From contig OY970243.1 in NCBI GenBank assembly GCA_963715435.1, forward strand, positions 1,716,320 to 1,780,319: a stretch of 64,000 bases of DNA. The letters run 5' to 3'. Shown one piece after another: positions 1-10,100 of the stretch (position 1 is the first letter of the stretch; each line of letters starts with the position of its first letter). Both the position numbers and the translations under genes were made by a program. The stretch comes from Vulcanimicrobiota bacterium. Lineage in GTDB: Bacteria > Vulcanimicrobiota > Vulcanimicrobiia > Vulcanimicrobiales > Vulcanimicrobiaceae. The notes beneath the pieces are model-generated. The model worked only from the letters and a program-made list of their open reading frames with translations, searched no databases and was not told the DNA's origin.

Positions 1-977
1 CCCGCGCGACCGACATGCACGAACAAGCCTTCGTCACGCTCGGCTGCGATGTCCGTAACGCGCACGGTTACTTGATCGCCGAATCCAAGCACGCGCGACT
101 GCGCGGAGCGACCATCGACTTTCGCATGCCCAGCGTCGGTGCGACGAAGAACGCGATGCTCGCGGCCGTCCTCGCCGAAGGAACGACGACGCTCAAGAAC
201 GTCGCGATGGAGCCCGAGGTCGTCGATCTTGCGAATTTTCTCGTTGCCATGGGCGCGAAGGTGCAAGGACAGGGAACGGACACGATCGTCGTCGACGGCG
301 TCGACGAGCTGCACGGCGTCGAATACGAAATCATCTCCGACCGCATCGTGGCCGGAACGCTTCTGCTTGCCGGCGCGGTCACGCGCGGCGACGTAACGGT
401 GACGAAGTGCCGGCCGGATCTTCTGCGCGCCGCGCTGGAGAAGTTCGTCGAATGCGGAATCGTGACGATGACCGGCGACGACTGGATCCGCGTCAAAGCG
501 GACGGCATCACGGGTGGAACCGACATTCTCACCGCGCCGCATCCGGGGTTCCCAACCGATCTCCAGCCGCAGATGGTAGCGTTTCTCTGCACGTGCCCCG
601 GCACGAGCGTGGTCGAGGAATCGATCTTCAACGCGCGTTTCTCGTACGTCAACGAACTGGCGCGCATGGGCGCTGACGTCAAAGTGACGATGGAGAGCAA
701 TGCGGCCGTCATAAAGGGCGTTCGTCAGCTTTCGGGCGCACCCGTCGAAGCGCCGGACATTCGCGCCGGAGCCGGCCTCGTCGTTGCCGGATTGGCGGCC
801 GCCGGCGAGACCGAAATCATCGGTCTGGAGTACATCGACCGGGGCTATGAGCGCTTGGAAGAGCTGCTCTCTGATTTGGGAGGCCAGGTACAGAGAAGCA
901 GCGGCGTCACGCCGCTGAACGAGCCTGCCGGCTTCTTCGAAACCAGCGAATACCCACGAATTTCCGCCGCCGGATAA
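1..977 (+). CDS. murA: UDP-N-acetylglucosamine 1-carboxyvinyltransferase (MurA), 5'-truncated at window edge
   Basis: ORF 15..977 reads as the C-terminal ~320 aa of MurA (GATKNAMLAAVLAEG, PGFPTDLQPQ, EESIFNARF, IDRGYE). The frame is open to base 3, so the gene starts left of the window. Confidence 0.9.
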   Translation, partial: RATDMHEQAFVTLGCDVRNAHGYLIAESKHARLRGATIDFRMPSVGATKNAMLAAVLAEGTTTLKNVAMEPEVVDLANFLVAMGAKVQGQGTDTIVVDGVDELHGVEYEIISDRIVAGTLLLAGAVTRGDVTVTKCRPDLLRAALEKFVECGIVTMTGDDWIRVKADGITGGTDILTAPHPGFPTDLQPQMVAFLCTCPGTSVVEESIFNARFSYVNELARMGADVKVTMESNAAVIKGVRQLSGAPVEAPDIRAGAGLVVAGLAAAGETEIIGLEYIDRGYERLEELLSDLGGQVQRSSGVTPLNEPAGFFETSEYPRISAAG

Positions 978-1045
978 CACACTAAGCACGAAGAGGTACC
1001 GATCAATCTTGGCTAACGTAACTTCGTTCGTTTGGGGCGCCCTAG

Positions 1046-2125
<1,080 letters not shown>

Positions 2126-2174
2126 GTCGCACGTAAACCGGATCGTCGATGCGAGCGTCGAGCGCCTCGAAGAG

Positions 2175-2792
2175 GTGCTCGAAGACGCCGCAAACGTCGT
2201 GTTCGCGGGTGGAACGCTCATCTTTCCGACCGACACCAGCTACGCTCTAGCGTGCGATCCGTACCGCGACGATGCCGTCGATCGTATCTACGCCGCACTG
2301 GGACGTCCCGATCAGCGCCCGCTGACGATTCACGTGGCGTCGGCTGCGGAGTTCTTAGAGTTCGCCGGCGATAATAAGCTCGCGGTGCTGGTCGCCAAGC
2401 GTTTTTTGCCGGGACCGCTGATCGTGCTGATTCGGAAGCCGCGTTTTATTAGCGACGATTTAGCGGCCGGGCTGCAAACGATCGCGTTCCGGGTTCCCGA
2501 CGAGGCGTTGGCGACTGCGCTCCTGGAGCGATGCGGACCGCTCGCCGGCGTATCTGCAAACCCGCCGGGCGGCCCGCGGTATCGCGGCGACGGCGATTGC
2601 GGGGTGCTTCCGCCGGCCGATCTACTCGTCCAACACGGACCGACGCTTTACGACCGCGAATCGACCATCGTCGATCTCACCGGTTCGCACGCCCGTCTGC
2701 TTCGAGAAGGCGTCGTGCCGGAGGCGCGCCTTGCGGAACTTCTCGGCCCAATCGAACGTCCTACGGTAAAGGTACGCACGCAACGACTATGA
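2175..2792 (+). CDS. tsaC: L-threonylcarbamoyladenylate synthase, YrdC/YwlC (TsaC) family
   Basis: 205-aa single-domain protein with FPTDTSYALACDP, FRVPD and SANPPG, typical of the YrdC/Sua5 fold. GTG start is as given by the ORF track. Confidence 0.75.
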   Translation: MLEDAANVVFAGGTLIFPTDTSYALACDPYRDDAVDRIYAALGRPDQRPLTIHVASAAEFLEFAGDNKLAVLVAKRFLPGPLIVLIRKPRFISDDLAAGLQTIAFRVPDEALATALLERCGPLAGVSANPPGGPRYRGDGDCGVLPPADLLVQHGPTLYDRESTIVDLTGSHARLLREGVVPEARLAELLGPIERPTVKVRTQRL

Positions 2793-3544
2793 TCCGAAGT
2801 TTTCTGGCCATCGCCCTCAGCCTGGCGTTCCTCGCTCCGGCGCCGCGTCCGCATCCTGCCGCGCCGGCCGGACAAGGGCCCGCGCCCGTTTCGCCTCCGC
2901 CCGCGGGAGCGCCGTCGCCGCAGCCGCAGGCTGCGGCCGGCCAAGCGGCATTCGATCTCGGCGTGTGGACGGTGCACGCGAGTTCCGTCGATGCAAATTT
3001 CAAGAACGGAGACTTTAGCACGAATCAAAAAGTGCTGATGACGCGCGCCGGCGGTGACGTCACCGCCGATAAAGCCAACGGCAACTACAAAAAGCAGATC
3101 GTTTATTTGGTCGGGCACGTCGTCATGCATGACACCAGCGGCAACTACGGCGGCCTTGCCAGCGGCGCGACGGCGAAATCGAGCGGTCCGTCGACGTTGA
3201 CTGCGGATCGCGCGGAGATCGACGGCGCGGCGAAGCTCTATAAAGCGATCGGGAACGTGCATTACGTCGAAAGCGACACCGTGGTCGACTCTCAAAACGG
3301 CACGCTCAACGACGAAACCCACGATCTCTATCTCACCGGCAACGTGCATATCACGCAGGGAACGCGTAAGGTCGACGCCGATAGCGTCGTTTACAACACG
3401 GTAAGCGGCGAAGCGCACGCTCAAGGCAACGTGACGATGCAGTTCCCAGGACAGCTGCATCGCGGCCTCGCGACGCCCAGGCCGTTGAACGTTCCGAAGA
3501 ATCCCATCACTAAACCGGTGGGAAGCGCGCCGCCGCCTTTATAA
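2789..3544 (+). CDS. secreted LptA/OstA-like domain protein
   Basis: ATG at M87 of ORF 2531..3544 overlaps the upstream stop (ATGA). Signal peptide MIRSFLAIALSLAFLAPA, then a Pro/Ala-rich linker, then repeated OstA-like strands (ADRAEIDG, GNVHYVE, GNVHITQG, GNVTMQF). Confidence 0.6.
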   Translation: MIRSFLAIALSLAFLAPAPRPHPAAPAGQGPAPVSPPPAGAPSPQPQAAAGQAAFDLGVWTVHASSVDANFKNGDFSTNQKVLMTRAGGDVTADKANGNYKKQIVYLVGHVVMHDTSGNYGGLASGATAKSSGPSTLTADRAEIDGAAKLYKAIGNVHYVESDTVVDSQNGTLNDETHDLYLTGNVHITQGTRKVDADSVVYNTVSGEAHAQGNVTMQFPGQLHRGLATPRPLNVPKNPITKPVGSAPPPL

Positions 3545-3549
3545 CGTCC

Positions 3550-4827
3550 ATGGCATCGCACGACACGGCGCCGTCGCTCTTCTCTCGCCCCGAAAACGTG
3601 CCGCTTGCCGCTCGCATGCGACCGCGTTCGCTCGACGAGTTCGTCGGTCAACAAGACGTGCTCGGACCCGGTCGCGCGCTGCGCCGCGCAATCGAAGCCG
3701 ATGCGGTGCCGTCGATGATCTTGTGGGGACCGCCCGGCTCCGGCAAGACGACGCTCGCGGAAATCGTCGCCCATCGCACGGGCGCGTACTTCGAGCGGCT
3801 TTCTGCCGTAAGTGCAGGTGTCGCCGATTTGCGCCGTGTGATGGCCGAGGCGAAAGTCCGGGCGCGCGCCGGCACGCGCACGGTGCTGTTCATCGATGAA
3901 ATTCATCGCTTCAACAAAGCCCAGCAAGACGCGGTTCTGCCATACGTCGAGGACGGAACCGTCACCTTGATCGGCGCTACTACAGAGAATCCGTCGTTCG
4001 AGGTGAACTCGGCGCTTCTATCGCGTGCGCGCGTCTTCGTTCTCAAAGCTTTGAGCGACGAGGACGTCGCAACAATCGCCGATCGCGCCCTAACCGACAC
4101 GCAGCGCGGGTTGGGCGATCGCTCGGTCGTGCTGGAGCCGGATGCGCGCACGACGCTGGTCGATCTCGCCAACGGCGACGCTCGCACGGCGCTCAATGTG
4201 CTAGAGTTCGCAGCCGGAACGGCTCCGCTGCACGACGGAAAACGAATCGTCGGACGTGCGCTCGTGCTCGACGCCATGCAGCGCCGGGCTACCTCGTACG
4301 ATAAGGGCGGCGAGGCGCATTACGATACGATCAGTGCGTTCATCAAATCGATACGTGCCAGCGATCCCGACGCCGCCGTGTACTGGCTCGCACGGATGAT
4401 CGACGGCGGCGAAGACCCGCTCTTCATCGCGCGCCGTCTCGTGATCTTGGCCTCCGAGGACGTCGGCCTTGCGGACTCGCGCGGATTGTCGGTCGCGATT
4501 GCGGCGCAGCAGGCCGTCCACTTCGTCGGTATGCCCGAAGGGTTCTTTCCGCTCGCGCACGCGACGCTGTACTTGGCTCGGGCGCGTAAGAGCAACAGCG
4601 TCGGACGCGCGTACGGTGCGGCTATGCAGGACGTCGAAGAAACGCGCAACGATCCGGTGCCGCTCCACTTGCGCAACGCTCCGACCGGATTGATGCGGCG
4701 CCTAGGCTACGGTAAAGACTATCACTATGCCCACGACGACTATAGCGTAAAACAGTTTAATCTTCCCGAGAATCTAAAAGGCCGCACCTACTATGAGCCG
4801 GGAGAAAACGATAAAGGAAGCCAGTGA
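3550..4827 (+). CDS. rarA: replication-associated recombination protein A (AAA+ ATPase RarA/MgsA)
   Basis: Walker A GPPGSGKTT and Walker B/sensor FIDEIHRFNKAQQD. MgsA C-terminal domain present (YDxISAFIKSIRASDPDAA, PLHLRNAPT). Confidence 0.9.
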   Translation: MASHDTAPSLFSRPENVPLAARMRPRSLDEFVGQQDVLGPGRALRRAIEADAVPSMILWGPPGSGKTTLAEIVAHRTGAYFERLSAVSAGVADLRRVMAEAKVRARAGTRTVLFIDEIHRFNKAQQDAVLPYVEDGTVTLIGATTENPSFEVNSALLSRARVFVLKALSDEDVATIADRALTDTQRGLGDRSVVLEPDARTTLVDLANGDARTALNVLEFAAGTAPLHDGKRIVGRALVLDAMQRRATSYDKGGEAHYDTISAFIKSIRASDPDAAVYWLARMIDGGEDPLFIARRLVILASEDVGLADSRGLSVAIAAQQAVHFVGMPEGFFPLAHATLYLARARKSNSVGRAYGAAMQDVEETRNDPVPLHLRNAPTGLMRRLGYGKDYHYAHDDYSVKQFNLPENLKGRTYYEPGENDKGSQ

Positions 4828-4925
4828 TTTCGTCACACCCCGAGGCGACACGGGATGAAGTTTACTATGGTAAACGAGTTCCGGGCCAACGAAGGTGTGG
4901 CGGACTCAGTGGCTTCCCAGAACAG

Positions 4926-4960
4926 AAAAAAAGGCGGCCTAGTTTTTTTCCTAGACCGCC
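4926..4960. terminator. intrinsic-terminator-like hairpin; the canonical stem plus U7 tail is on the minus strand
   Basis: ggcggcctag (4933-4942) pairs with ctagaccgcc (4951-4960) at 9/10 positions, with an 8-nt loop. On the minus strand the stem is followed by T7 (rc of A7 at 4926-4932). On the plus strand the tail is only moderately U-rich. Confidence 0.4.
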
Positions 4961-5041
4961 AGTTTCCCGTTGCTACTTCTCGGAGTGTGCGTTGGAGCTT
5001 CGCACGAACGTTATGGTAAAGTACCCGGCTGAGAGTGCCCT

Positions 5042-6217
5042 GTGAGCTCGCAACTTTCTGCGCGCGTCTATCTCGACTACGCGGCGACTACTCCCTTACG
5101 AGCCGAAGCAGCGGATGCCATGACCCTGGCGCTAAGCGAGGGTCCATTCAATCCCAGTTCGCTGCACGCCGAGGGCCGGCGCAGTCGCGCGATACTCGAT
5201 GACGCCCGCGAACGCGTCGCTCGAATTCTCGGCGTCGCGCGCAAGGGGATTACGTTTACCGGCAGCGGTACCGAAGCCGACAACTTAGCCGTCGTGGGAA
5301 CCGCGCGAGCCGCAGCTCGCATCGGAGGCGGGCGGCACGTGGTCGCAACGACGATCGAACACCACGCGGTGCTGCACGCTCTCGATTCTCTCGCCTGCGA
5401 CGGTTTCGAAGTAACTCTGGTTCCCGTCGACGAGCGGGGTCTCGTGGATCCGAAAGCGTTCGCCGGCGCGCTGCGCGACGATACGGTACTTGCGTCGGTC
5501 ATGTATGCCAACAACGAAATCGGCACGATTCAGCCTATCGAGCAGCTGGCGGCGATCGCGCGTTCAAGAAGCATCCCGTTTCATACCGACGCGATCCAGA
5601 CGCCGTCGTGGCTGCCGCTCGACACGCGCGCTCTCGGCGTCGATGCGCTATCGCTTTCGGCGCATAAGTTTTACGGCCCTAAAGGGGTAGGCGTTCTTGC
5701 AGTCGGCGGCGCGATTCCGATTGAGCCGCTGGTGCGCGGCGGCGGTCAAGAGTTCGGGCGGCGATCCGGAACCGAAAACGTCGGCGGTATCGCCGGTTTG
5801 GCGCGTGCCCTCGAGCTTGCCGAACAGGAGCGGCCGAGAGCGCGGGAGCGCGTGGCCGCGCGGCGCGACCGTCTGGAGCGCGGAATAATGGATGCGATAC
5901 CCGACCTTCGGCTCAACGGCGAAGGTGCGCCGCGCCTGCCTAATGTGGCCAACGTGAGCTTCGCCGGCATCGCGTCCGACGAGTTGCTCTTGCGTTTGGA
6001 TTTGGCCGGCGTTGCCGTGTCGGCCGGCAGCGCCTGCACGTCCGGGGTTCTGGAGCCCAGCCACGTCATCGCGGCATTGGGCGTCGACGATCGTTGGAAA
6101 AAGGGTGCGATTAGGTTTTCGCTCGGCATCGATACATCCGACGCGGACATCGATCGCGCGCTCGAAGCGGTGAAGGCGGTGGTCGCCGACTTGCGGCGCG
6201 TTCGCGCCGGCGCGTAA
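5042..6217 (+). CDS. cysteine desulfurase (class V aminotransferase, NifS/IscS family)
   Basis: PLP-lysine motif SAHKFYGPKG, active-site Cys loop SAGSACTSG, and RSGTEN. GTG start. Confidence 0.85.
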   Translation: MSSQLSARVYLDYAATTPLRAEAADAMTLALSEGPFNPSSLHAEGRRSRAILDDARERVARILGVARKGITFTGSGTEADNLAVVGTARAAARIGGGRHVVATTIEHHAVLHALDSLACDGFEVTLVPVDERGLVDPKAFAGALRDDTVLASVMYANNEIGTIQPIEQLAAIARSRSIPFHTDAIQTPSWLPLDTRALGVDALSLSAHKFYGPKGVGVLAVGGAIPIEPLVRGGGQEFGRRSGTENVGGIAGLARALELAEQERPRARERVAARRDRLERGIMDAIPDLRLNGEGAPRLPNVANVSFAGIASDELLLRLDLAGVAVSAGSACTSGVLEPSHVIAALGVDDRWKKGAIRFSLGIDTSDADIDRALEAVKAVVADLRRVRAGA

Positions 6218-6346
6218 GCAAATCCACTACCAGTCGGCGGAGGCGCCTTCTTGGTAAATGGGGGCGGCTTCGCGTAATGGCCAGTCCAAGAGGGGATATT
6301 AACGGCGCGGCCCGAAACTGCGGCCGGCCTTGGAGGGCAGGCGAGC

Positions 6347-6751
6347 GTGACCTCAGACTACAGCAGCTTGGTTCGCGACATCCTCGTCGGTGTCGGCGTG
6401 TTTTTATTCGGTCTGGGCATTTTTATTGCGATGCTATCGCTCTCGAAGACCCTCGGGCGGCTCAACACAACTCTGGACGGGATCGACCGGCAGTTGGAAA
6501 ACCTGGGCGAGCCCGTGGCTAAGACCCTCGGCCACGTCGACGGCATCGCCGGCACCGCAGACCACACCCTTGCCCGCCTTGGCGCAGTAGTCGGGTCGCT
6601 CGAAAACATGGCCGGAAGCCTATCCGACACGGCGGCGTTGGCCAAGCGCGCCGTAACGCCGGCCATCGTCAACGTCGGCGCCGCGGTCAGCGGCGTAAGC
6701 GCTGGTTTACGACGCTTGGTTACGGGAAAGAAGTCCACAGACCAACCCTAA
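6347..6751 (+). CDS. DUF948-like membrane-anchored coiled-coil protein
   Basis: N-terminal TM (ILVGVGVFLFGLGIFIAMLSL) followed by a helical region with the repetitive L..L..T... pattern. GGAGGG lies upstream of the GTG start. Sits next to a YtxH-like gene, as in the known DUF948/YtxH pairing. Confidence 0.55.
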   Translation: MTSDYSSLVRDILVGVGVFLFGLGIFIAMLSLSKTLGRLNTTLDGIDRQLENLGEPVAKTLGHVDGIAGTADHTLARLGAVVGSLENMAGSLSDTAALAKRAVTPAIVNVGAAVSGVSAGLRRLVTGKKSTDQP

Positions 6752-6769
6752 GCTAGGAGTCGGTTTATT

Positions 6770-7135
6770 ATGAGCAACGGTAGAGGCGGAGGTGGATTCT
6801 TCGTCGGCTTTCTTATCGGCGCAATCGTCGGCGGCGCTGCCGCCGTTTTGCTTTCGCAGGAAGAAACGCGAGACATTTTCGTTGGAAAGATGCGCGAAGC
6901 GGGTAATTTCGCCAAAGATGCCACCGAGGATTTGCGCGGTAAGGTGGGCGACGTGACGTCGCAGTGGCAATCGAGCGCGTCGGAACTGTACGAACGCGGC
7001 CGCCAGGTTGTTGAGAACGCCCGTACGACGCTCGATGTAGCGGTCGAAGACGGGCGCGATACGGCCGATCAAACGCGCAACGATTTAGAAAACCAAGCCA
7101 TGTCATCTCGAGCGGAGTCGAGGGACGGGGGATAA
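6770..7135 (+). CDS. YtxH-like general stress protein
   Basis: GGGFFVGFLIGAIVGGAAAVLL N-terminal segment followed by a long charged helical region, the typical YtxH architecture. Confidence 0.6.
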   Translation: MSNGRGGGGFFVGFLIGAIVGGAAAVLLSQEETRDIFVGKMREAGNFAKDATEDLRGKVGDVTSQWQSSASELYERGRQVVENARTTLDVAVEDGRDTADQTRNDLENQAMSSRAESRDGG

Positions 7136-7141
7136 AACGAA

Positions 7142-7486
7142 TTGGACATCAAGGTCAACGTACGTGAGGCGCCGGGTGACTGTTACGTCGTCGATTTGAG
7201 CGGCGAAATAGACGTCTACACGTCGCCGAAAGTCAAGGATGCTATCGGCGAGCTGATCGATCGAGGAGTCTACCATCTCGTGATCAATCTCGAGAAGGTT
7301 CGCTACATCGACTCGACGGGGCTCGGGGTTCTGATTGGCGGGTTAAAGCGCGTGCGCGAGCATGGCGGGTCCGTCAATTTGGTCTGCACCAACCCGCAGA
7401 TCAAGAAAATTTTCGACATTACCGGCCTCGTGAAGATTTTCGGCATTTTCGACAACGAAGAGTCGGCGATGAAGGCGCTCGTGTGA
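7142..7486 (+). CDS. anti-sigma factor antagonist (STAS domain, SpoIIAA/RsbV type)
   Basis: 114 aa with the conserved phospho-serine context YIDSTGLGVLIG. First gene of a three-gene partner-switching operon. Confidence 0.85.
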   Translation: MDIKVNVREAPGDCYVVDLSGEIDVYTSPKVKDAIGELIDRGVYHLVINLEKVRYIDSTGLGVLIGGLKRVREHGGSVNLVCTNPQIKKIFDITGLVKIFGIFDNEESAMKALV

Positions 7487-7920
7487 ATCAAGCGGTCGAG
7501 CAGTTGAGTTCCGATCTGGTCGAGTTGCGCATTCCAAGCCGAGCCGAATGGGTTGCTCTAGCGCGCCTGGCTGTTGCCGCCGTGGCCAATCGGTTACGTT
7601 TTTCAATCGAAGACATCGAGGACATCAAGCTTGCGGTGGCGGAAGCGTGCACTGCGGTGATTCAGCACGAACGGCACGGCGAGTTCATCGACCTCACCTG
7701 CGAGACGTCCTCGAATGGGCTTCGAGTTCGCGTTCGTGATGCCGGAAGGCAATCGCTTCCTCGAGACAACGGCCGAACGATGGATCTCGACGAAGCGCGG
7801 ATTGCAGGATTGGGAGTATTTCTCATTCGTACGTTGATGGACGAGGTCGCGTACGATGCCGATCCCGATACGGGAACGGACCTCGTAATGGTTAAGAAAC
7901 TGCAGGGTCGATCGGCGTAA
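7483..7920 (+). CDS. anti-sigma factor serine kinase (SpoIIAB/RsbW type, HATPase_c)
   Basis: 145 aa with a 4-nt overlap to the STAS gene. Motifs AVAEACTAVIQH...GLGVFLIRTLMDEV match the Bergerat-fold anti-sigma kinase. Confidence 0.8.
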   Translation: MNQAVEQLSSDLVELRIPSRAEWVALARLAVAAVANRLRFSIEDIEDIKLAVAEACTAVIQHERHGEFIDLTCETSSNGLRVRVRDAGRQSLPRDNGRTMDLDEARIAGLGVFLIRTLMDEVAYDADPDTGTDLVMVKKLQGRSA

Positions 7921-7924
7921 CGGC

Positions 7925-8731
7925 GTGACCGAACGTGACGACTCGCGCCCGGACCGCGAACGGACGCGCGCGCTCTTTTCGCATTTTACGCACGCGCGTA
8001 AGCGACACGATCGCCATCCCGAGCGCCAGGACGAAGAATACGAAACATTGCGCGACGAACTCGTCGTCGCGCACCTGAATCTCGTGCGGTTCTTGGCGGT
8101 CAAATTCGCCAATCGCGGCGAGCCGCTCGACGACCTCGTGCAAGTAGGCACCGTCGGGCTGCTCAAGGCCATCGATCGCTTCGAGATCGATCGCGGCGTC
8201 GAGTTCACGACGTACGCCACGCCGACGATCGTCGGCGAGATCAAGCGCTACTTCCGCGACAAAGGCTGGGCCGTGAAAGTCCCGCGTCGGCTGCAAGAGC
8301 TCAATCTCGCGGTGAACCGAGCTAGCGACAAGCTCGCGATCGAACTGGGGCGGAGTCCCACGGTCGGAGAACTTGCGGCGCACCTCAACGCGAGCGAGGA
8401 AGAAATCCTCGAAGCGCAAGAGTTGGGGCAAGCGTATAATTTGCTCTCGCTCGACAGCGAAGTTTCCGGCGAGACCGAGAAAAAATCGCAAACGCTGGCA
8501 GACACGGTCGGGGTGAACGACGCGGGCTTGGAGCTGCTCGAGGATCGAGCCAATCTAGAACGCGCGTTCAACGTGCTCACCGGACGCGAGCGAGTCATCA
8601 TCTATTTACGCTTCTACGAATCGGTATCGCAGACCGAGATCGCCAAACGGCTCAACGTTTCGCAGATGCACGTTTCGCGGTTACAGGCAAAGGCGCTCGA
8701 AAAGCTCCGCGCCGTGCTCGCCGAACAGTAA
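7925..8731 (+). CDS. RNA polymerase sigma factor, SigB/SigF/SigG subfamily
   Basis: Region 2 (DDLVQVGTVGLLKAIDRFE, FTTYATPTIVGEIKRYFRD), region 3, and the region 4 HTH (SQTEIAKRLNVSQMHVSRL). Confidence 0.85.
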   Translation: MTERDDSRPDRERTRALFSHFTHARKRHDRHPERQDEEYETLRDELVVAHLNLVRFLAVKFANRGEPLDDLVQVGTVGLLKAIDRFEIDRGVEFTTYATPTIVGEIKRYFRDKGWAVKVPRRLQELNLAVNRASDKLAIELGRSPTVGELAAHLNASEEEILEAQELGQAYNLLSLDSEVSGETEKKSQTLADTVGVNDAGLELLEDRANLERAFNVLTGRERVIIYLRFYESVSQTEIAKRLNVSQMHVSRLQAKALEKLRAVLAEQ

Positions 8732-8733
8732 CT

Positions 8734-10014
8734 CTAGGGCGCGACGTAGATCCGGTTGCGCCCGGCTCGCTTGGCTTCGTAGCAGGCTTCGTCGGCGCGG
8801 CGTATTGCGTGCGCCGCGCTTTCGACCGTGCCGTCGATGGAAATGACGCCGATGCTCGCACTGACGCGAAGCGCTTGACCATCCCACATCAAGGACGCGT
8901 CGCTGACGGCGTGGAGGATATCGGTAGCGATGCTTTTCGCGTGGGACGGCGGACAACCGCGTAAGAGCGCCACGAACTCGTCGCCTCCGACGCGCGCCAG
9001 CAGGTCGACGCGGCGTAGTTTTGCGTTGGTGGCCGAAGCCAGGGCGATGAGTAGCCGGTCTCCGGCTTCGTGTCCATGCGTATCGTTAATCGGCTTGAAC
9101 TCGTCGAGATCGAAGTACAACAGTGCATGTGTCAACCCGCCGGCGCGCGCCTCGGCCAGCGCTTCGTCGAGGACGCGTTCGAGCGAGCGCCGGTTGTGTA
9201 CGCCGGTGAGCGGATCGTGCGACGCCTCGAAGGTCAGCTGGCGTTCGCGTTCGTACTCCGCCGTAATGTCGCGATATACGACGATCGAATATACGCTTTC
9301 CGCGTGCTTCTGTTTGATGGGACGCCCGCTCGCATCGGCCCAAAAACGCGACCCGTCGGAGCGATATAACGCAAGTACGCCCTGCACGGGCTCACCCTCG
9401 AGCAGCCGGTTGCGAAAATTGAACAGCGTCGTCATGTTCGTCTCCGGGCCGACGAGAAACTCCGAAGCGCGGCCGACGAGATCCTCACGCCGATAACCGA
9501 CGAGCCGCAGGAACATTTCGTTGACGTACGTGATCGCCCACTGATCTCCGCGCTCGCGGCGCTCGAAAACCGCCATCGCATCACTGGCTTGGTCTATAGC
9601 CGCCGAAAGGAGTTCGAGATTCTCTTGCGTCCTGACGCGGTCGGTGACGTCGCGCTGAATGGCGACGGCGCCTAAGAGTCTCCCAACATCGTCGCACATA
9701 GGTCGCATGTTGAGGTGGGCCCAGAACGTCGTTCCGTCTTTGCGATAACGCAGCGTCTCCAACCCCACCGGCAGCTTAGCGATCAGCGTTTGCGTGCAGC
9801 GCTCGACCACGTTGCGGTCGGTCTTGGGACCGTACAGGAGGTCTGGGGAACGTCCGATCGCCTCGTCAGGACGGTAACCGGTCTGACGTTCGAACATAGG
9901 GTTGACGTACCGGATTCGGAATGCTTTCGGTCCGGGGACATAGTCATAGACGATCACGGCGTCGTTGGCGTTCTCGACCGCCGCAATCAGGAAAGGCTCG
10001 ACCCCGCGCTCCAT
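8734..10014 (-). CDS. PAS-PAS-GGDEF diguanylate cyclase
   Basis: Two PAS-like modules (FRIRYVNPMFERQTGY; ITYVNEMFLRLVGY). C-terminal GGDEF domain with an intact RVGGDEFV active site. Confidence 0.85.
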   Translation of the reverse strand: MERGVEPFLIAAVENANDAVIVYDYVPGPKAFRIRYVNPMFERQTGYRPDEAIGRSPDLLYGPKTDRNVVERCTQTLIAKLPVGLETLRYRKDGTTFWAHLNMRPMCDDVGRLLGAVAIQRDVTDRVRTQENLELLSAAIDQASDAMAVFERRERGDQWAITYVNEMFLRLVGYRREDLVGRASEFLVGPETNMTTLFNFRNRLLEGEPVQGVLALYRSDGSRFWADASGRPIKQKHAESVYSIVVYRDITAEYERERQLTFEASHDPLTGVHNRRSLERVLDEALAEARAGGLTHALLYFDLDEFKPINDTHGHEAGDRLLIALASATNAKLRRVDLLARVGGDEFVALLRGCPPSHAKSIATDILHAVSDASLMWDGQALRVSASIGVISIDGTVESAAHAIRRADEACYEAKRAGRNRIYVAP

Positions 10015-10100
10015 GGATCGGAGTTCTGCGCCGTTGCGGCCAGCCCCGGCTTGGCGGTAGGAAAAGCGGGGAGGGGTCTGATATCATCTTGGGCTAGCCC

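Noticed and set aside
5025-5041. 'ggctgagag' just upstream of the desulfurase start, reminiscent of the TPP riboswitch CUGAGA box
   Set aside because: The rest of the THI-box (the ACCUGAUCUGGAUAAUGCCAGCG-like half and the P1-P3 helices) is absent, and the available leader is too short.
4824-5045. 73-aa ORF filling the rarA/desulfurase spacer
   Set aside because: Third-position GC is only about half by hand count, far below neighbouring genes. The ORF runs straight through the terminator-like hairpin and the A7/T7 tracts, and the sequence is not protein-like.
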